DNA of 20,000 nucleotides from an uncultured virus (IMG/VR IMGVR_UViG_2912893941_000001) (Duplodnaviria > Heunggongvirae > Uroviricota > Caudoviricetes): IMG/VR virus record IMGVR_UViG_2912893941_000001, positions 44,319 to 64,318 of that record. One strand, 5' to 3'. The notes beneath the pieces are model-generated. The model ran no database searches, was not told where the DNA came from, and was given only the letters and a program-made list of their open reading frames with translations. Shown here one piece after another: positions 7,138 to 16,652 of the stretch. The position numbers and the translations under genes are program-made. Numbering within the stretch: position 1 is the stretch's first letter; the number at the start of each line of letters is the position of its first letter.

Positions 7138-9939
7138 ATGGCCGGAACAACAGTCGGAGAAATCCGGGCGCGTCTCGTATTAGACATGGCGGACTGGTCC
7201 CGTCGATCTCAGCAAGCTCGAAGCGATATGGATCAAATGGGCCGTTCATCTGCGAATCTCTCGAAGCAAATGGGCCTCATCCAAAAGGCTTCGCTTGCGG
7301 TCGGTGGCGCAGTCGTAGCCGGTATCGGCGTTTCCGTCAAGAAAGCGGCTGACTTCGAGGAGGCCATGTCGCGAGTTAAAGCGATCAGCGGCGCGACCGG
7401 TCAGGACTTCGAAGATCTGAAGAACATCGCGGCTAAGATGGGAGCCGAAACAAAATATACCGCAGTCGAGGCGGCCGAGGGTCTTCAATACCTCGCAATG
7501 GCGGGCTTCAGCGTAAAAGCGCAAGTCGGATCGTTGCCGGCCGTGCTTAACTTGGCTGCGGCTTCCGGCGAAGGACTTGGACGTTCAGCGGATATCGTTT
7601 CGAACATCATGACCGGCTTCGGCATTAAAGCGGAAGACTCCGGGCACGCCGTTGACGTACTCGTAAAAGCGATGACTACGGCTAATACGGATCTGCCGCA
7701 ATTAGGCGATGCAATGAAGTTCGTGGCTCCTGTCGCGCACTCTCTCGGATATTCTATCGAAGATACTGCGACGGCCGTTGCGAAAATGTCAGACGCCGGT
7801 ATTCAGGGGTCGATGGCGGGTACGGCTCTTCGTGCGTCACTCTTGCACCTTACGAATCCGGTCGGCCAGTCGGCCAAGGCAATGAAAAAGTACGGAATCG
7901 AAGTAAAGGACGCGCACGGAAATCTAAAGCCGATACCGGAACTCGTCGGCCATATTTCGAAGCAGTTCGAGGGAATGACGTCAGCGCAGAAAACGGCCGC
8001 AGCGGCACAGCTCGTCGGAGTTGAAGCGGCTTCCGGATTCGTTACGCTCTTGGGCGTGGGGGAAAAGGGACTGCGCAACTACTCGAAGACGCTGAAGGAA
8101 GCCGGCGGGACAGCGGACAAAGTAGCGAAAACGCAGATGGATAACCTCAAAGGGTCATTCGAACAGTTTACGTCTGCGCTCGACGGCCTCGGAATTGCGA
8201 TCGGTAACGAGTTTTTACCTACTTTCCGAAAAATTGTCGATACCGGTACGAAGGTGGTCGAGTTCCTTAGCGAACTGAATCCGGGAATCATTACGACAGG
8301 CCTCGAAATGGCGGGTGCGGCCGCAGCGGTGGCGCTAGTTGCGTCTTCCATGATGAAACTCGGAATCGCAGTGCGCGGTTTGTTCGTTGCGATGGGTCCG
8401 GCCGGATGGGTGATCACCGGGCTCTCTTTATTAGCGGGAGCGCTTGTCGGGGTGAAAGCGGGATACGATCAGATGAACACCGTTAGTTTAGAGGCGGCCG
8501 AGTCGAAGCAGAAGGAAATAGATTCTATCAACAGCTTAACGAAAGAGTTCGATAAACTTCAAAATAAAACGAAGCTGACTGCCGATGAATTCGTTTACTA
8601 TCTCGATTTGAATGATCGAATTAAAACGGAGACGGATGCCAATTCCATTAAACGGATGAAGGAAGAACAGGAAGAACTGCGAAAAAAATCAGGTCTTACA
8701 AATGAGGAATTTAATCGCTACTTAGATTTAAACGATAAGGTTATCGCAAAAGCTCCGGACACTGCGGCCGCAATCAGCGAGCAAGGCAATGCCGCAGCAA
8801 AGAACACGGACGCATTAAAGCGTCTTAACAAAGAAAAAGCCGAGGAACTCCGGCTGGAGCTGGAAACCCAAAGGGCTAAAGCTGAGGCCAATATGTCTAA
8901 ATATATAGCCGAAGAAGCGCGATTAAAAGAAAAAGTTAATGCGTTGACGAGAGAGCGATCCGATTTAGAGCAGCAGGTATCTGATCAATTACAAGTTGTG
9001 GCAGCTAAAGAGAGCGAATTGGCGGCAGCTAAAGAGGCTAAAGACACAGCACGGGTGGCAATAGCTGAAAATGAGCTCAACTTAGAGCAGACAAAGTTAC
9101 AGAGATTGCGCGAGCAGTTTTCTACAAATATGGAAAACCTGAGCTCTAAGAATCAAGAGCTCCAAAAGACCCGTGAGAACATCAATCAGCTAGATGTCGT
9201 TAATCAGAAAATGATCGACCTTGAGCTCCGTCAAGTTGGATTAAACGCCAAAAAGGGCGAAGGCGTTAGAGTGATCGATAAGGAGATTGGACGCTTACAA
9301 GATGCGAAGGCGAACCTTAAAAATGTTACGAATGTTGCTGATCGTAAAACGGATGAGTACCGGAAGTCTGTTAAAGCAATTGATGACGAGATAGCAAACC
9401 TTCGTACAGCAAGAGGGCGGGTCGCGGATATTACGTCGGAAGCCCAAAGGATGAACGCTACTCTAAGTAAGGACATCACGAAACGAATCACGACAATTAC
9501 TTCGGATGTTTCTATGAAGACGGAGCGTGCCGTAAGTCGTGGAAAAGGGAACGAAGGTACTTACCACACCGGCGGCATCATCGGCCTCGGACAGATCAAT
9601 AAACTTCACATCGGCGGCCTCGCGTCTCAATTCGCTAACCCGATGAGCCACGAAGTCGATATCCGGGCCCTGCGTAACGAAATGGTGCTTACTGAAGCGC
9701 AACAGGCGAATCTTATGCGAATGATTGACGCAGGCCACACGACGGGCCTCGGAGGAGATTCCGGCTTATCTTCGGATATGCTGCGTGCGCTCAGTTCGAT
9801 TGAGCAGGTGATTAAGACGAAGGGCGGCGCTTCTATCGTGATGGATAGTGAAGTTGTTGGCCGTATTGTAGAGCCGCACATCAGTCGCATTCAGCAGGAC
9901 GGATATGATTTAGAACGGATGAGAGACGGGAGGTGGTAG
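7138..9939 (+). CDS. Tail tape measure protein (TP901 family)
   Basis: 933 aa with ADFEEAMSRVKAISGA and GIQGSMAGTALR motifs, a hydrophobic central stretch, a long coiled coil and C-terminal YHTGG. RBS AAAGGAGGT. Confidence 0.95.
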   Translation: MAGTTVGEIRARLVLDMADWSRRSQQARSDMDQMGRSSANLSKQMGLIQKASLAVGGAVVAGIGVSVKKAADFEEAMSRVKAISGATGQDFEDLKNIAAKMGAETKYTAVEAAEGLQYLAMAGFSVKAQVGSLPAVLNLAAASGEGLGRSADIVSNIMTGFGIKAEDSGHAVDVLVKAMTTANTDLPQLGDAMKFVAPVAHSLGYSIEDTATAVAKMSDAGIQGSMAGTALRASLLHLTNPVGQSAKAMKKYGIEVKDAHGNLKPIPELVGHISKQFEGMTSAQKTAAAAQLVGVEAASGFVTLLGVGEKGLRNYSKTLKEAGGTADKVAKTQMDNLKGSFEQFTSALDGLGIAIGNEFLPTFRKIVDTGTKVVEFLSELNPGIITTGLEMAGAAAAVALVASSMMKLGIAVRGLFVAMGPAGWVITGLSLLAGALVGVKAGYDQMNTVSLEAAESKQKEIDSINSLTKEFDKLQNKTKLTADEFVYYLDLNDRIKTETDANSIKRMKEEQEELRKKSGLTNEEFNRYLDLNDKVIAKAPDTAAAISEQGNAAAKNTDALKRLNKEKAEELRLELETQRAKAEANMSKYIAEEARLKEKVNALTRERSDLEQQVSDQLQVVAAKESELAAAKEAKDTARVAIAENELNLEQTKLQRLREQFSTNMENLSSKNQELQKTRENINQLDVVNQKMIDLELRQVGLNAKKGEGVRVIDKEIGRLQDAKANLKNVTNVADRKTDEYRKSVKAIDDEIANLRTARGRVADITSEAQRMNATLSKDITKRITTITSDVSMKTERAVSRGKGNEGTYHTGGIIGLGQINKLHIGGLASQFANPMSHEVDIRALRNEMVLTEAQQANLMRMIDAGHTTGLGGDSGLSSDMLRALSSIEQVIKTKGGASIVMDSEVVGRIVEPHISRIQQDGYDLERMRDGRW

Positions 9940-9942
9940 CGT

Positions 9943-11367
9943 TTGAGTAATACAGATTTTATAAAGAAAATCGCCCCGGATGCGCAGAAGATATTTGTAA
10001 ATTATAAAATCCTTGCAAGCCTTGTAATCGCGCAGGGATGTCTCGAAAGTGCGTACGGAACCAGCGGTCTTGCCGTTAATGGAAAGAACCTTTTCGGAGT
10101 CAAGGGCGAATATAACGGAAAATACGTCATCATGAAAACGTGGGAAGTAATCAACGGAAGGAACGTTCAGGTTGACGCCAAGTTCCGAAAGTACCCGACG
10201 TGGTATGAGTCGATGCAAGACCTTGCGAAGCTTTACGTAAACGGCGTCAGTTGGGACCCAAACCATTATAAGGCGGTCGTAGGTGAGAAGAATTACAAAA
10301 AAGCGACTGCTGCGCTGGTAGACGCCGGTTATGCAACGGACCCGTCTTACGCGTCAAAGCTTAACAGAATTATTGAAACGTACAACCTGACGAAGTATGA
10401 CACCGCCCCGTCTCCGTCGAATCCGTCCACTCCTTCTACGCCGGACACAAACAACCCGGCTCCGGTTGTCGTTGAAGAGCCGGAGGTATCTATCGACGTT
10501 TTTTCAAGCGTTTATACAACACCTCCATCCGGTGTCCCTATTACGGATAGCAACTTCCGGATACTTTACAAGGACGGCCGCATAATTGACATGGCTCGCG
10601 ATTTATCGGTCCTTGTAAGGAGCTTCAAAATTGCATCGCCCACTCCCGATATCGATTACGAAACGATTCCGGGAAGGGACGGCTTAGTTCGAGTAGGGAA
10701 AAACTTCGGAGCCCGAACGCTGACTGCCGAATGTCTCTTGCTCGGAGCGGATGATGTTGATTTTCATTTATTACAAGCGGAACTCTTTCACGCGCTTCAT
10801 CGCGAGGAGGAGTTCTTTTTAGTTTCGGAAGCGACGCCGAAAAAGCGATGGCGAGTCGAGTTAAGCGCATCTTTCACGCCTGACCGAATCGGCAGCTTCG
10901 GCGACTTTACGCTGACTTTCCAAAGTGCCTCGACTTATTGCGAATCAGTTGGCACAACGTTGGATGCATTTACTTTTGATGCGAACAAATGGCAGATAGG
11001 CGAAGGGCTGACGGATGATATCCCATCGTATAAACACAAGACGAAGACTTTCCGTATTTTCAATGCGGGAGCCGTCCGGCTAGATCCGAGATACATGCCT
11101 TTAAAAATTACGTATAAAGGCGCGTCTAGCAAATTGTCGATCAAAAATAGAACAACAGGCGATCTGTGGACGTTTTCCGGCACATCTGCCGCGAAGGAAG
11201 CGATTCAAATTTCCGGGGTTACTGCGAAAAAGGGGAACGTTAGCATCTTCGGGCAGACAAATTTCGGACTCATTACGTTAGAGCCCGGGTGGAATGACTT
11301 TGAGTTAAGCGGAACGAGCGGGGATTTTGAGGTCGCGTTTGATTTCAGATTCCACTATTACGCGTAG
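9943..11367 (+). CDS. Distal tail protein (Dit) with N-terminal GH73 glucosaminidase/muramidase domain
   Basis: aa 1-153 carry IAQGCLES (E35), NLFGVKG, FRKY and GYATDPSYASKL. A Pro/Ser/Thr linker spans aa ~154-200. The ~270-aa C-terminal part has ETIPGRDG, ITLEPGWNDF and FRFHY. TTG start with GGGAGGTG RBS; directly after the tape measure gene. Confidence 0.88.
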   Translation: MSNTDFIKKIAPDAQKIFVNYKILASLVIAQGCLESAYGTSGLAVNGKNLFGVKGEYNGKYVIMKTWEVINGRNVQVDAKFRKYPTWYESMQDLAKLYVNGVSWDPNHYKAVVGEKNYKKATAALVDAGYATDPSYASKLNRIIETYNLTKYDTAPSPSNPSTPSTPDTNNPAPVVVEEPEVSIDVFSSVYTTPPSGVPITDSNFRILYKDGRIIDMARDLSVLVRSFKIASPTPDIDYETIPGRDGLVRVGKNFGARTLTAECLLLGADDVDFHLLQAELFHALHREEEFFLVSEATPKKRWRVELSASFTPDRIGSFGDFTLTFQSASTYCESVGTTLDAFTFDANKWQIGEGLTDDIPSYKHKTKTFRIFNAGAVRLDPRYMPLKITYKGASSKLSIKNRTTGDLWTFSGTSAAKEAIQISGVTAKKGNVSIFGQTNFGLITLEPGWNDFELSGTSGDFEVAFDFRFHYYA

Positions 11368-11378
11368 GGAGGTGCACC

Positions 11379-12779
11379 ATGTCTAGTCTAATTGTAAAGA
11401 ATCTCGCTAATCAGGTCGAAGCTCTAACGGACTTCAGCGTGACGAAGAAAGATGAAATCGATAACGGTAGATCTTTAGACGTATCAGTTATACAGACGGA
11501 TCGGAACGCGCACTCCTTTCCACTGATTCAAAATGAAGGCTCTCTTTTTTATGAAGACGAGGAATTTGTCATCAGAAAGATGCGGTATGTTCCTATTAGT
11601 GGCAAGAGACTGAAGGTCGACATTACGGCCTTGCAACGTTCGTTTTCTGATCTCGGTGAGAATTACGTATATGAAACATCCGGGAAAAAGAAAAAACTTT
11701 ACATCGAAGACATGCTGGACATCGCATTGAAAGGTTCTGGGTATTCTTACGAGATTTTACCGGAAGGGCTAGGTGATTCGTTTGATGTAGAGGATTTTGG
11801 AAACGGCTACTCTCTCGGATTATTAAACGATATAAAGGAGAAATACTCGGCTGAATTTGAGTGCATTGGAAAGAAAGTCTATTTCGCGAAGGAGATAGCA
11901 CGAGATACAGACTACATCATCCGTGACCGTGTAAATGTAAAAGACCCCTCTCAGGAAATAGACACCTCTTCCATAAAAACGTACATTAAAGGATTCGGAA
12001 AGAAGGATGAAAAGACAGGAAAACATGCGGTGGAAGCCGAGTACACAAGTCCATTAGCCTCAGTCTATGGGATCAAGCATGCAAATCCCATTTTTGATGA
12101 CTCGTACACAGCAAAGGATGAGGGAAAGCTCGAAAAACGGTTAGAAAAAGAACTGACCGATAAAATTGAAATATCTATCAGCCTTACGTATATAGAGGTT
12201 AAACAATTAAACATGCAGGATATTCGCAAAGGCGATTATGTATGGTGCGTATTAGAGCCCTTTGATTTGAAGACGAAGCTGCGTGTAGTCAGTGTGGAGT
12301 CTTATTCAGATCCTAAAAAGTCTCCGGTTTTTACTTTCGGAAAGGTTCGGGCGAATATCAAAAAAACAACTGCTAAATTAGGGCGGGGACAAAGCTCCGT
12401 CTCTAAGCTTATCGATACGTCGACCGGAAAGGTGAAAGGCAGCGCCATAAGCGGAAACATAACTATCGGAAAAGACGCGATTTACGAAGACGGCTACGAT
12501 CCGACAAAGCTGACGATTCCTACGTACGGCCGGGCAAACGCAACAACGGACGGGCTTATGAGCTCGTCGGACTACGTGAAGCTGGCGAGTATCGTATTAG
12601 GGCCTGACGGTCAAGTTTCTGTCTCGCTGGCTACCGAAACAACGGACGGATTAATGAGCGCATCTGACTTCGCAAAGCTGAAGCGCATCAAGGTCGGTAC
12701 GGCTACGGTGGATATATCGACACTTTCGCAACAGCTCGAATCTATAAACAAGCGCCTGACCGCGCTGGAGAATAAATAA
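11379..12779 (+). CDS. Tail tip/hub protein (Tal; prophage tail endopeptidase-like family) with C-terminal fibre-like extension
   Basis: 466 aa with IDTSSIKTYIKGFGK, YTSPLASVYGIKHA and KGDYVW motifs, two GLMS repeats and a terminal coiled coil. Follows Dit; RBS GGGAGGTG. Confidence 0.82.
   Translation: MSSLIVKNLANQVEALTDFSVTKKDEIDNGRSLDVSVIQTDRNAHSFPLIQNEGSLFYEDEEFVIRKMRYVPISGKRLKVDITALQRSFSDLGENYVYETSGKKKKLYIEDMLDIALKGSGYSYEILPEGLGDSFDVEDFGNGYSLGLLNDIKEKYSAEFECIGKKVYFAKEIARDTDYIIRDRVNVKDPSQEIDTSSIKTYIKGFGKKDEKTGKHAVEAEYTSPLASVYGIKHANPIFDDSYTAKDEGKLEKRLEKELTDKIEISISLTYIEVKQLNMQDIRKGDYVWCVLEPFDLKTKLRVVSVESYSDPKKSPVFTFGKVRANIKKTTAKLGRGQSSVSKLIDTSTGKVKGSAISGNITIGKDAIYEDGYDPTKLTIPTYGRANATTDGLMSSSDYVKLASIVLGPDGQVSVSLATETTDGLMSASDFAKLKRIKVGTATVDISTLSQQLESINKRLTALENK
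12531..12689 (+). repeat. Two protein-level repeats (32-aa period) in the Tal C-terminus
   Basis: RANATTDGLMSSSDYVKLASI and LATETTDGLMSASDFAKLKRI. Confidence 0.8.
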
Positions 12780-12793
12780 CGAGGAGGAATACA

Positions 12794-15358
12794 ATGCCGA
12801 AATTTCCGTACAGAAAGGCCGGGGCAGCGTGGGACCGTGTTTTTCGTAACGACCACAACCAGAACCTCGATGACATTGCGGACGATATTAAAGGGTCATA
12901 TGCGGAACTGGCCGCACATAAGAACGCTAAAACCGCCCACACGTCGGATCAAATCGACCACGGCGGTTTTTCTTTGCGTAATTATATCGATGGCTTATAC
13001 AACCGCATAAAAAATCTCATTCTTAATGCCGACGGGACAAATGTAAAAGAAGTAGTGGACGCCCGTGTTAATGCTGATGGGGAAATTGCCCCACTGTTGA
13101 AAGAGCGTCTTGATAAGGAATATAACAAACTTCTACGTAAGATCACCAGAAACGTTAACGTAGACGACTACGGGGCCGACCCAACCGGAGAGACAGACAG
13201 CACAGAAGCATTCAAAAGAGCGATCGGAAACGGAAAGGTGCGGCTCAATCTATCAGCCGGAGAATACGTGATAAGGGGCGTAAAGCTGCCGTCATGGACA
13301 TATTTGATCGGCCAGGGCATGGGCGTCACCACGCTAAAACTGCACGAGGACACGCCGGCCAGTGAGTGGGTTGTCACAAATGCTGATCATGCGAAAGGCA
13401 ACCGGAATATCGTTGTGGAAGGTATGTCGCTTGACTGGAATCCTGATCGTCAGGGCGGAGTAGGCGCAACGGGAGGTGTACATTCAAGCTGTCTTCTTTT
13501 CGCACAAGTAAAGTTTGGTATTGCGCGCGGCGTTGAAGGCATTAATCCCGGCTTACATTGTTTCGATGTATCAGCGCCTTCTTATGACATCACAGCAAAA
13601 GATTACACGGCAACGGGGAGCAAATATATTTGGATCGACAAGTGTGTCGGTTCGGGGTATGGTGACGACGGCATTACGACCCATTACAGCGAGTATATTT
13701 TCATCACAAATAATGTGATGACAAACCCGCGCGGCACTGCCCACCGTAAAGGGGGAGCCAATTCAAACGGAATTGAAGTGGACGACGGCTCTAAGCATGT
13801 CTGGGTTATAGATAATTATACAGAGGGGAATGTGCGGGGCGTAGAAGTAAAAGCCCACAAGAAATGGCCGGCACCTTGTGACGTTCATATCCGCGGCCAC
13901 GAATCTTTTCGTGACGTTCGCTCATTTGATTTACGGCATATTGATCACCATCTTGTAAAAGACCCTTGGAGCGAGACGGCTCGTGATGTGACGTTAGTAG
14001 ATTGCACATCCCGGGAACCCGTCTATAATTCGCTTTATGAAGGATTAGCTCCGAAAGCCCTTGTCGTTTCAGCGTACCAGCGTGTTCAGATTATCGGATT
14101 CAAAGCCATAGGTGATCCAACATATGATTACAAAGACGGCTCGATCATTGCTTTCCAGTATAAGAGCAGGAAGATAACAGTAAACAACTTGCATATAACC
14201 GGGTTTAAAAAGGCTGATTGTGACATCTATATTACCGGCGGCGATCAGATGACTGACGATGTGTTTATTTCTGATTTTGTTATCCATGATTCCGCAAGAA
14301 CCGGCATCGCGATAGGGGGCGGTGTGTATAATGTCAACTTGTTAAATGGGCTTATGCATGTGGCAAGCGGAACGGCCGGCATTACATCCCCGAACACCCA
14401 GACCAATATTTTTCTTGTCAGAGCTTACGGCTATAAAGATGCGGCTGTCATTGCGGGGGAAAAGCATTCAGTCGTTCCGAATAACGTCAAGGGAGGCTTT
14501 CGAGCAGCTTCCGGCTCCGGTCATGCACTTACGAAGTACAGTGCGATTATTGCATGTACAGGACCAACGTATGCGAAGGGTGAGCGCAATTTGCTTGCAG
14601 GAAACGCCGGCGGCTCTTCCTCGGAAGGATCGCGCAACGGCGTCATGTTTTCATACGATTCTCATACAACAGGAGACGGGCCGTCCTCGGGTGTCATGTT
14701 CTCGAAGGCTACCAAGAATAGTAAATCTTACACATTGGTTTTAGGCCATGGAAACGGCAAAGCCTCGGAAGCCAACAAAAAAATTGAATTAAACGCAAAG
14801 AATGGAACAGTCAAGGCTACTGGCGCAATAGAAAGTGTATCGAATTTAAAAGACTTGGCGGAGTATTTTGAATCAGCTGACGGAGCAAAGATAGAGGCAT
14901 CTTATCTTGTAGCGTTAGAGGGGGACAAAATCCGAAAAGCGCAAGAAGGCGACAAGATACTCGGGGTCGTTTCTAAGACTGCCGGCGTTGTGCTTGGCGG
15001 AGCTGCCTTCTATTGGAATGATCGTTTTCTTCGTGATGAATTTGGCGGCATTATCTACCGGGAAGTATTTGACGGTGAGGACATCATTACGATTCCAGCT
15101 GAGAACCCGAACTATGATCCGGAAGCTGAGTACAAGCCACGAGAGGAACGAGACGAGTGGCATATTATTGGATTGATTGGTCAAGTGTTTGTGCGCGTTG
15201 ATGATACCGTTAACGTCGGTGACAGTGTTTCAGCAGTTGACGGCATCGCGACAAAGGCGGAAAGCGGCGGATACGGAACTGTGATGAGATTTGAATCCCC
15301 GTACGATGCGGAAAAAGGATACGGTGTGGCGCAAATGATGGTTACACCGCAGCACTAA
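12794..15358 (+). CDS. Tailspike / pre-neck appendage-like protein: beta-helix domain plus peptidase G2-type autocleaved chaperone (phi29 gp12-like)
   Basis: 854 aa. EVVDARV anchor; VNVDDYGADPTGETDSTEAFKRAI pectate-lyase-3-like start; GDDGITTH and NSNGIEVDDGS; DLAEYFES (aa 687-694); REERDEWHIIGLIGQVFVR. Confidence 0.9.
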   Translation: MPKFPYRKAGAAWDRVFRNDHNQNLDDIADDIKGSYAELAAHKNAKTAHTSDQIDHGGFSLRNYIDGLYNRIKNLILNADGTNVKEVVDARVNADGEIAPLLKERLDKEYNKLLRKITRNVNVDDYGADPTGETDSTEAFKRAIGNGKVRLNLSAGEYVIRGVKLPSWTYLIGQGMGVTTLKLHEDTPASEWVVTNADHAKGNRNIVVEGMSLDWNPDRQGGVGATGGVHSSCLLFAQVKFGIARGVEGINPGLHCFDVSAPSYDITAKDYTATGSKYIWIDKCVGSGYGDDGITTHYSEYIFITNNVMTNPRGTAHRKGGANSNGIEVDDGSKHVWVIDNYTEGNVRGVEVKAHKKWPAPCDVHIRGHESFRDVRSFDLRHIDHHLVKDPWSETARDVTLVDCTSREPVYNSLYEGLAPKALVVSAYQRVQIIGFKAIGDPTYDYKDGSIIAFQYKSRKITVNNLHITGFKKADCDIYITGGDQMTDDVFISDFVIHDSARTGIAIGGGVYNVNLLNGLMHVASGTAGITSPNTQTNIFLVRAYGYKDAAVIAGEKHSVVPNNVKGGFRAASGSGHALTKYSAIIACTGPTYAKGERNLLAGNAGGSSSEGSRNGVMFSYDSHTTGDGPSSGVMFSKATKNSKSYTLVLGHGNGKASEANKKIELNAKNGTVKATGAIESVSNLKDLAEYFESADGAKIEASYLVALEGDKIRKAQEGDKILGVVSKTAGVVLGGAAFYWNDRFLRDEFGGIIYREVFDGEDIITIPAENPNYDPEAEYKPREERDEWHIIGLIGQVFVRVDDTVNVGDSVSAVDGIATKAESGGYGTVMRFESPYDAEKGYGVAQMMVTPQH

Positions 15359-15374
15359 GGAGGGATAAGCGACG

Positions 15375-16652
15375 ATGTATAAAACGGGCAGCGTGCCGAT
15401 CAACATTAATACAAATCCAATCAATGGCCGGAGTACAAATATACAATTTATGACGCAAGACACGGGCAGCGCAAAGCTGTTTTTTTCTTTTACAAAGGAT
15501 GGTGTACCGTTGCCTCTGTCAGCCGTAGATGCAAAAATTGTCCTACTGTATGATGATGGATCGTTTTATAAAAAGAGCCTCACCATCACTGACAAGGTAA
15601 ACGGCACAGCGGAATATGTGTTGTCCAATGCAGAACTCAAGCATTACGGAACGGTTAAGGCGGAAATCAAACTATATTACACGAACGGCCAAGCGCTGGC
15701 GACTTCATTTTTTACTTTCTCTATCGCCAAAACGTTAGAGGATCAGAACATCGTTCCGACAGCTGATTATTACATTGATGATTTTGAAACGCTGAGAGAC
15801 GGGATAAACCACATCGTCGAAGAAATCAGTCAGACTGTCGAGGAATTACAGAAGAAATTTGCCGATCTGGAAGCTATTGAAACGAAAGAGGGCGCGCAGC
15901 AGAAGGCGGATGATGCAGAGGAAAAGGCCAGAGCTTATACGGATGAACATGCGAATGACGAAGAAAAGCACATTACAGCTGCCGAAAGAAAGGCGTGGAA
16001 TGCCAAGGAAACTCCCTCCGGCGCGCAAAAGAAAGTAGACGCCCATGCGAACGATCAAGAAAAGCATGTTTCTTCAGCAGATCGGAAGGCTTGGGACAGT
16101 AAAGAAACAGAAAGCGGGGCGCAAGAGAAGGTAAATACTCACGCCAATAATACGGACATTCATGTTACCAAACCTTTCAAAGATACATTAGAAGAATTAT
16201 CAAAGCTGTTCACAGCGGGTTTTAAAGATGAACTGGAAGAATTATTACGTCAGTTCACGGCCCATAATTACAACCAAGAACGACATATTTCTAAAGCTGA
16301 ACGGAAGACATGGAACGGAGCTGCCACCTATGCCAACATCATGCTGAAGAATGGAGCCGCCGCAGGGACGCGGACACCGATGTACGCAAAGTGGGGGGCG
16401 TTTTTAATCTTACGGGGGCATGTGAAAACAGACGCCGAAATTATATTCGGCTCCATCCCCGCGGAATACGCACCTGCTGGCGGTTCCGTTATAACAGTGC
16501 CGTTAAGTGGTACAGGCGGCACAGCCGATTTGATCATTTATGATAATGGGGATTTAAAAATAAAATACCCGGACCCGGCGGACTCAAGTAAGATGGGCGG
16601 AGGCTACTATCTGGATGTGGTCGTCGGCTTTCAGGAAGGAGGGACAGCATGA
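15375..16652 (+). CDS. BppU-family (DUF2479) baseplate/fibre protein with repeat shaft and putative receptor-binding head
   Basis: 425 aa. N-terminal FMTQDTGSAKLFFSFTKDG motif; H-x6-H repeats in the middle; C-terminal PMYAKWGAFLILRGHV...IPAEYAP head-like domain. Confidence 0.85.
   Translation: MYKTGSVPININTNPINGRSTNIQFMTQDTGSAKLFFSFTKDGVPLPLSAVDAKIVLLYDDGSFYKKSLTITDKVNGTAEYVLSNAELKHYGTVKAEIKLYYTNGQALATSFFTFSIAKTLEDQNIVPTADYYIDDFETLRDGINHIVEEISQTVEELQKKFADLEAIETKEGAQQKADDAEEKARAYTDEHANDEEKHITAAERKAWNAKETPSGAQKKVDAHANDQEKHVSSADRKAWDSKETESGAQEKVNTHANNTDIHVTKPFKDTLEELSKLFTAGFKDELEELLRQFTAHNYNQERHISKAERKTWNGAATYANIMLKNGAAAGTRTPMYAKWGAFLILRGHVKTDAEIIFGSIPAEYAPAGGSVITVPLSGTGGTADLIIYDNGDLKIKYPDPADSSKMGGGYYLDVVVGFQEGGTA
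15879..16320 (+). repeat. Intragenic repeats in the fibre shaft (96-bp/32-aa units plus a 45-bp/15-aa duplication)
   Basis: ETxxGAQxK units start at 15879, 16008 and 16104. FKDTLEELSKLFTAG (16176-16220) is followed by FKDELEELLRQFTAH (16221-16265). Confidence 0.85.

Noticed and set aside
7135..9945. The chaperone extension, tape measure and GH73-Dit are in one frame separated only by single TAG stops, suggesting amber read-through or recoding
   Set aside because: Both downstream genes have strong SD sequences and proper starts. Other TAG-ending genes here (for example Dit at 11367) are followed by out-of-frame genes, and two in-frame junctions are easily chance.
15879..16652. CRISPR array, diversity-generating retroelement or invertible cassette in the fibre gene
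   Set aside because: The repeats are degenerate, in-frame and protein-coding. No reverse transcriptase, invertase, template repeat or flanking inverted repeats are visible.
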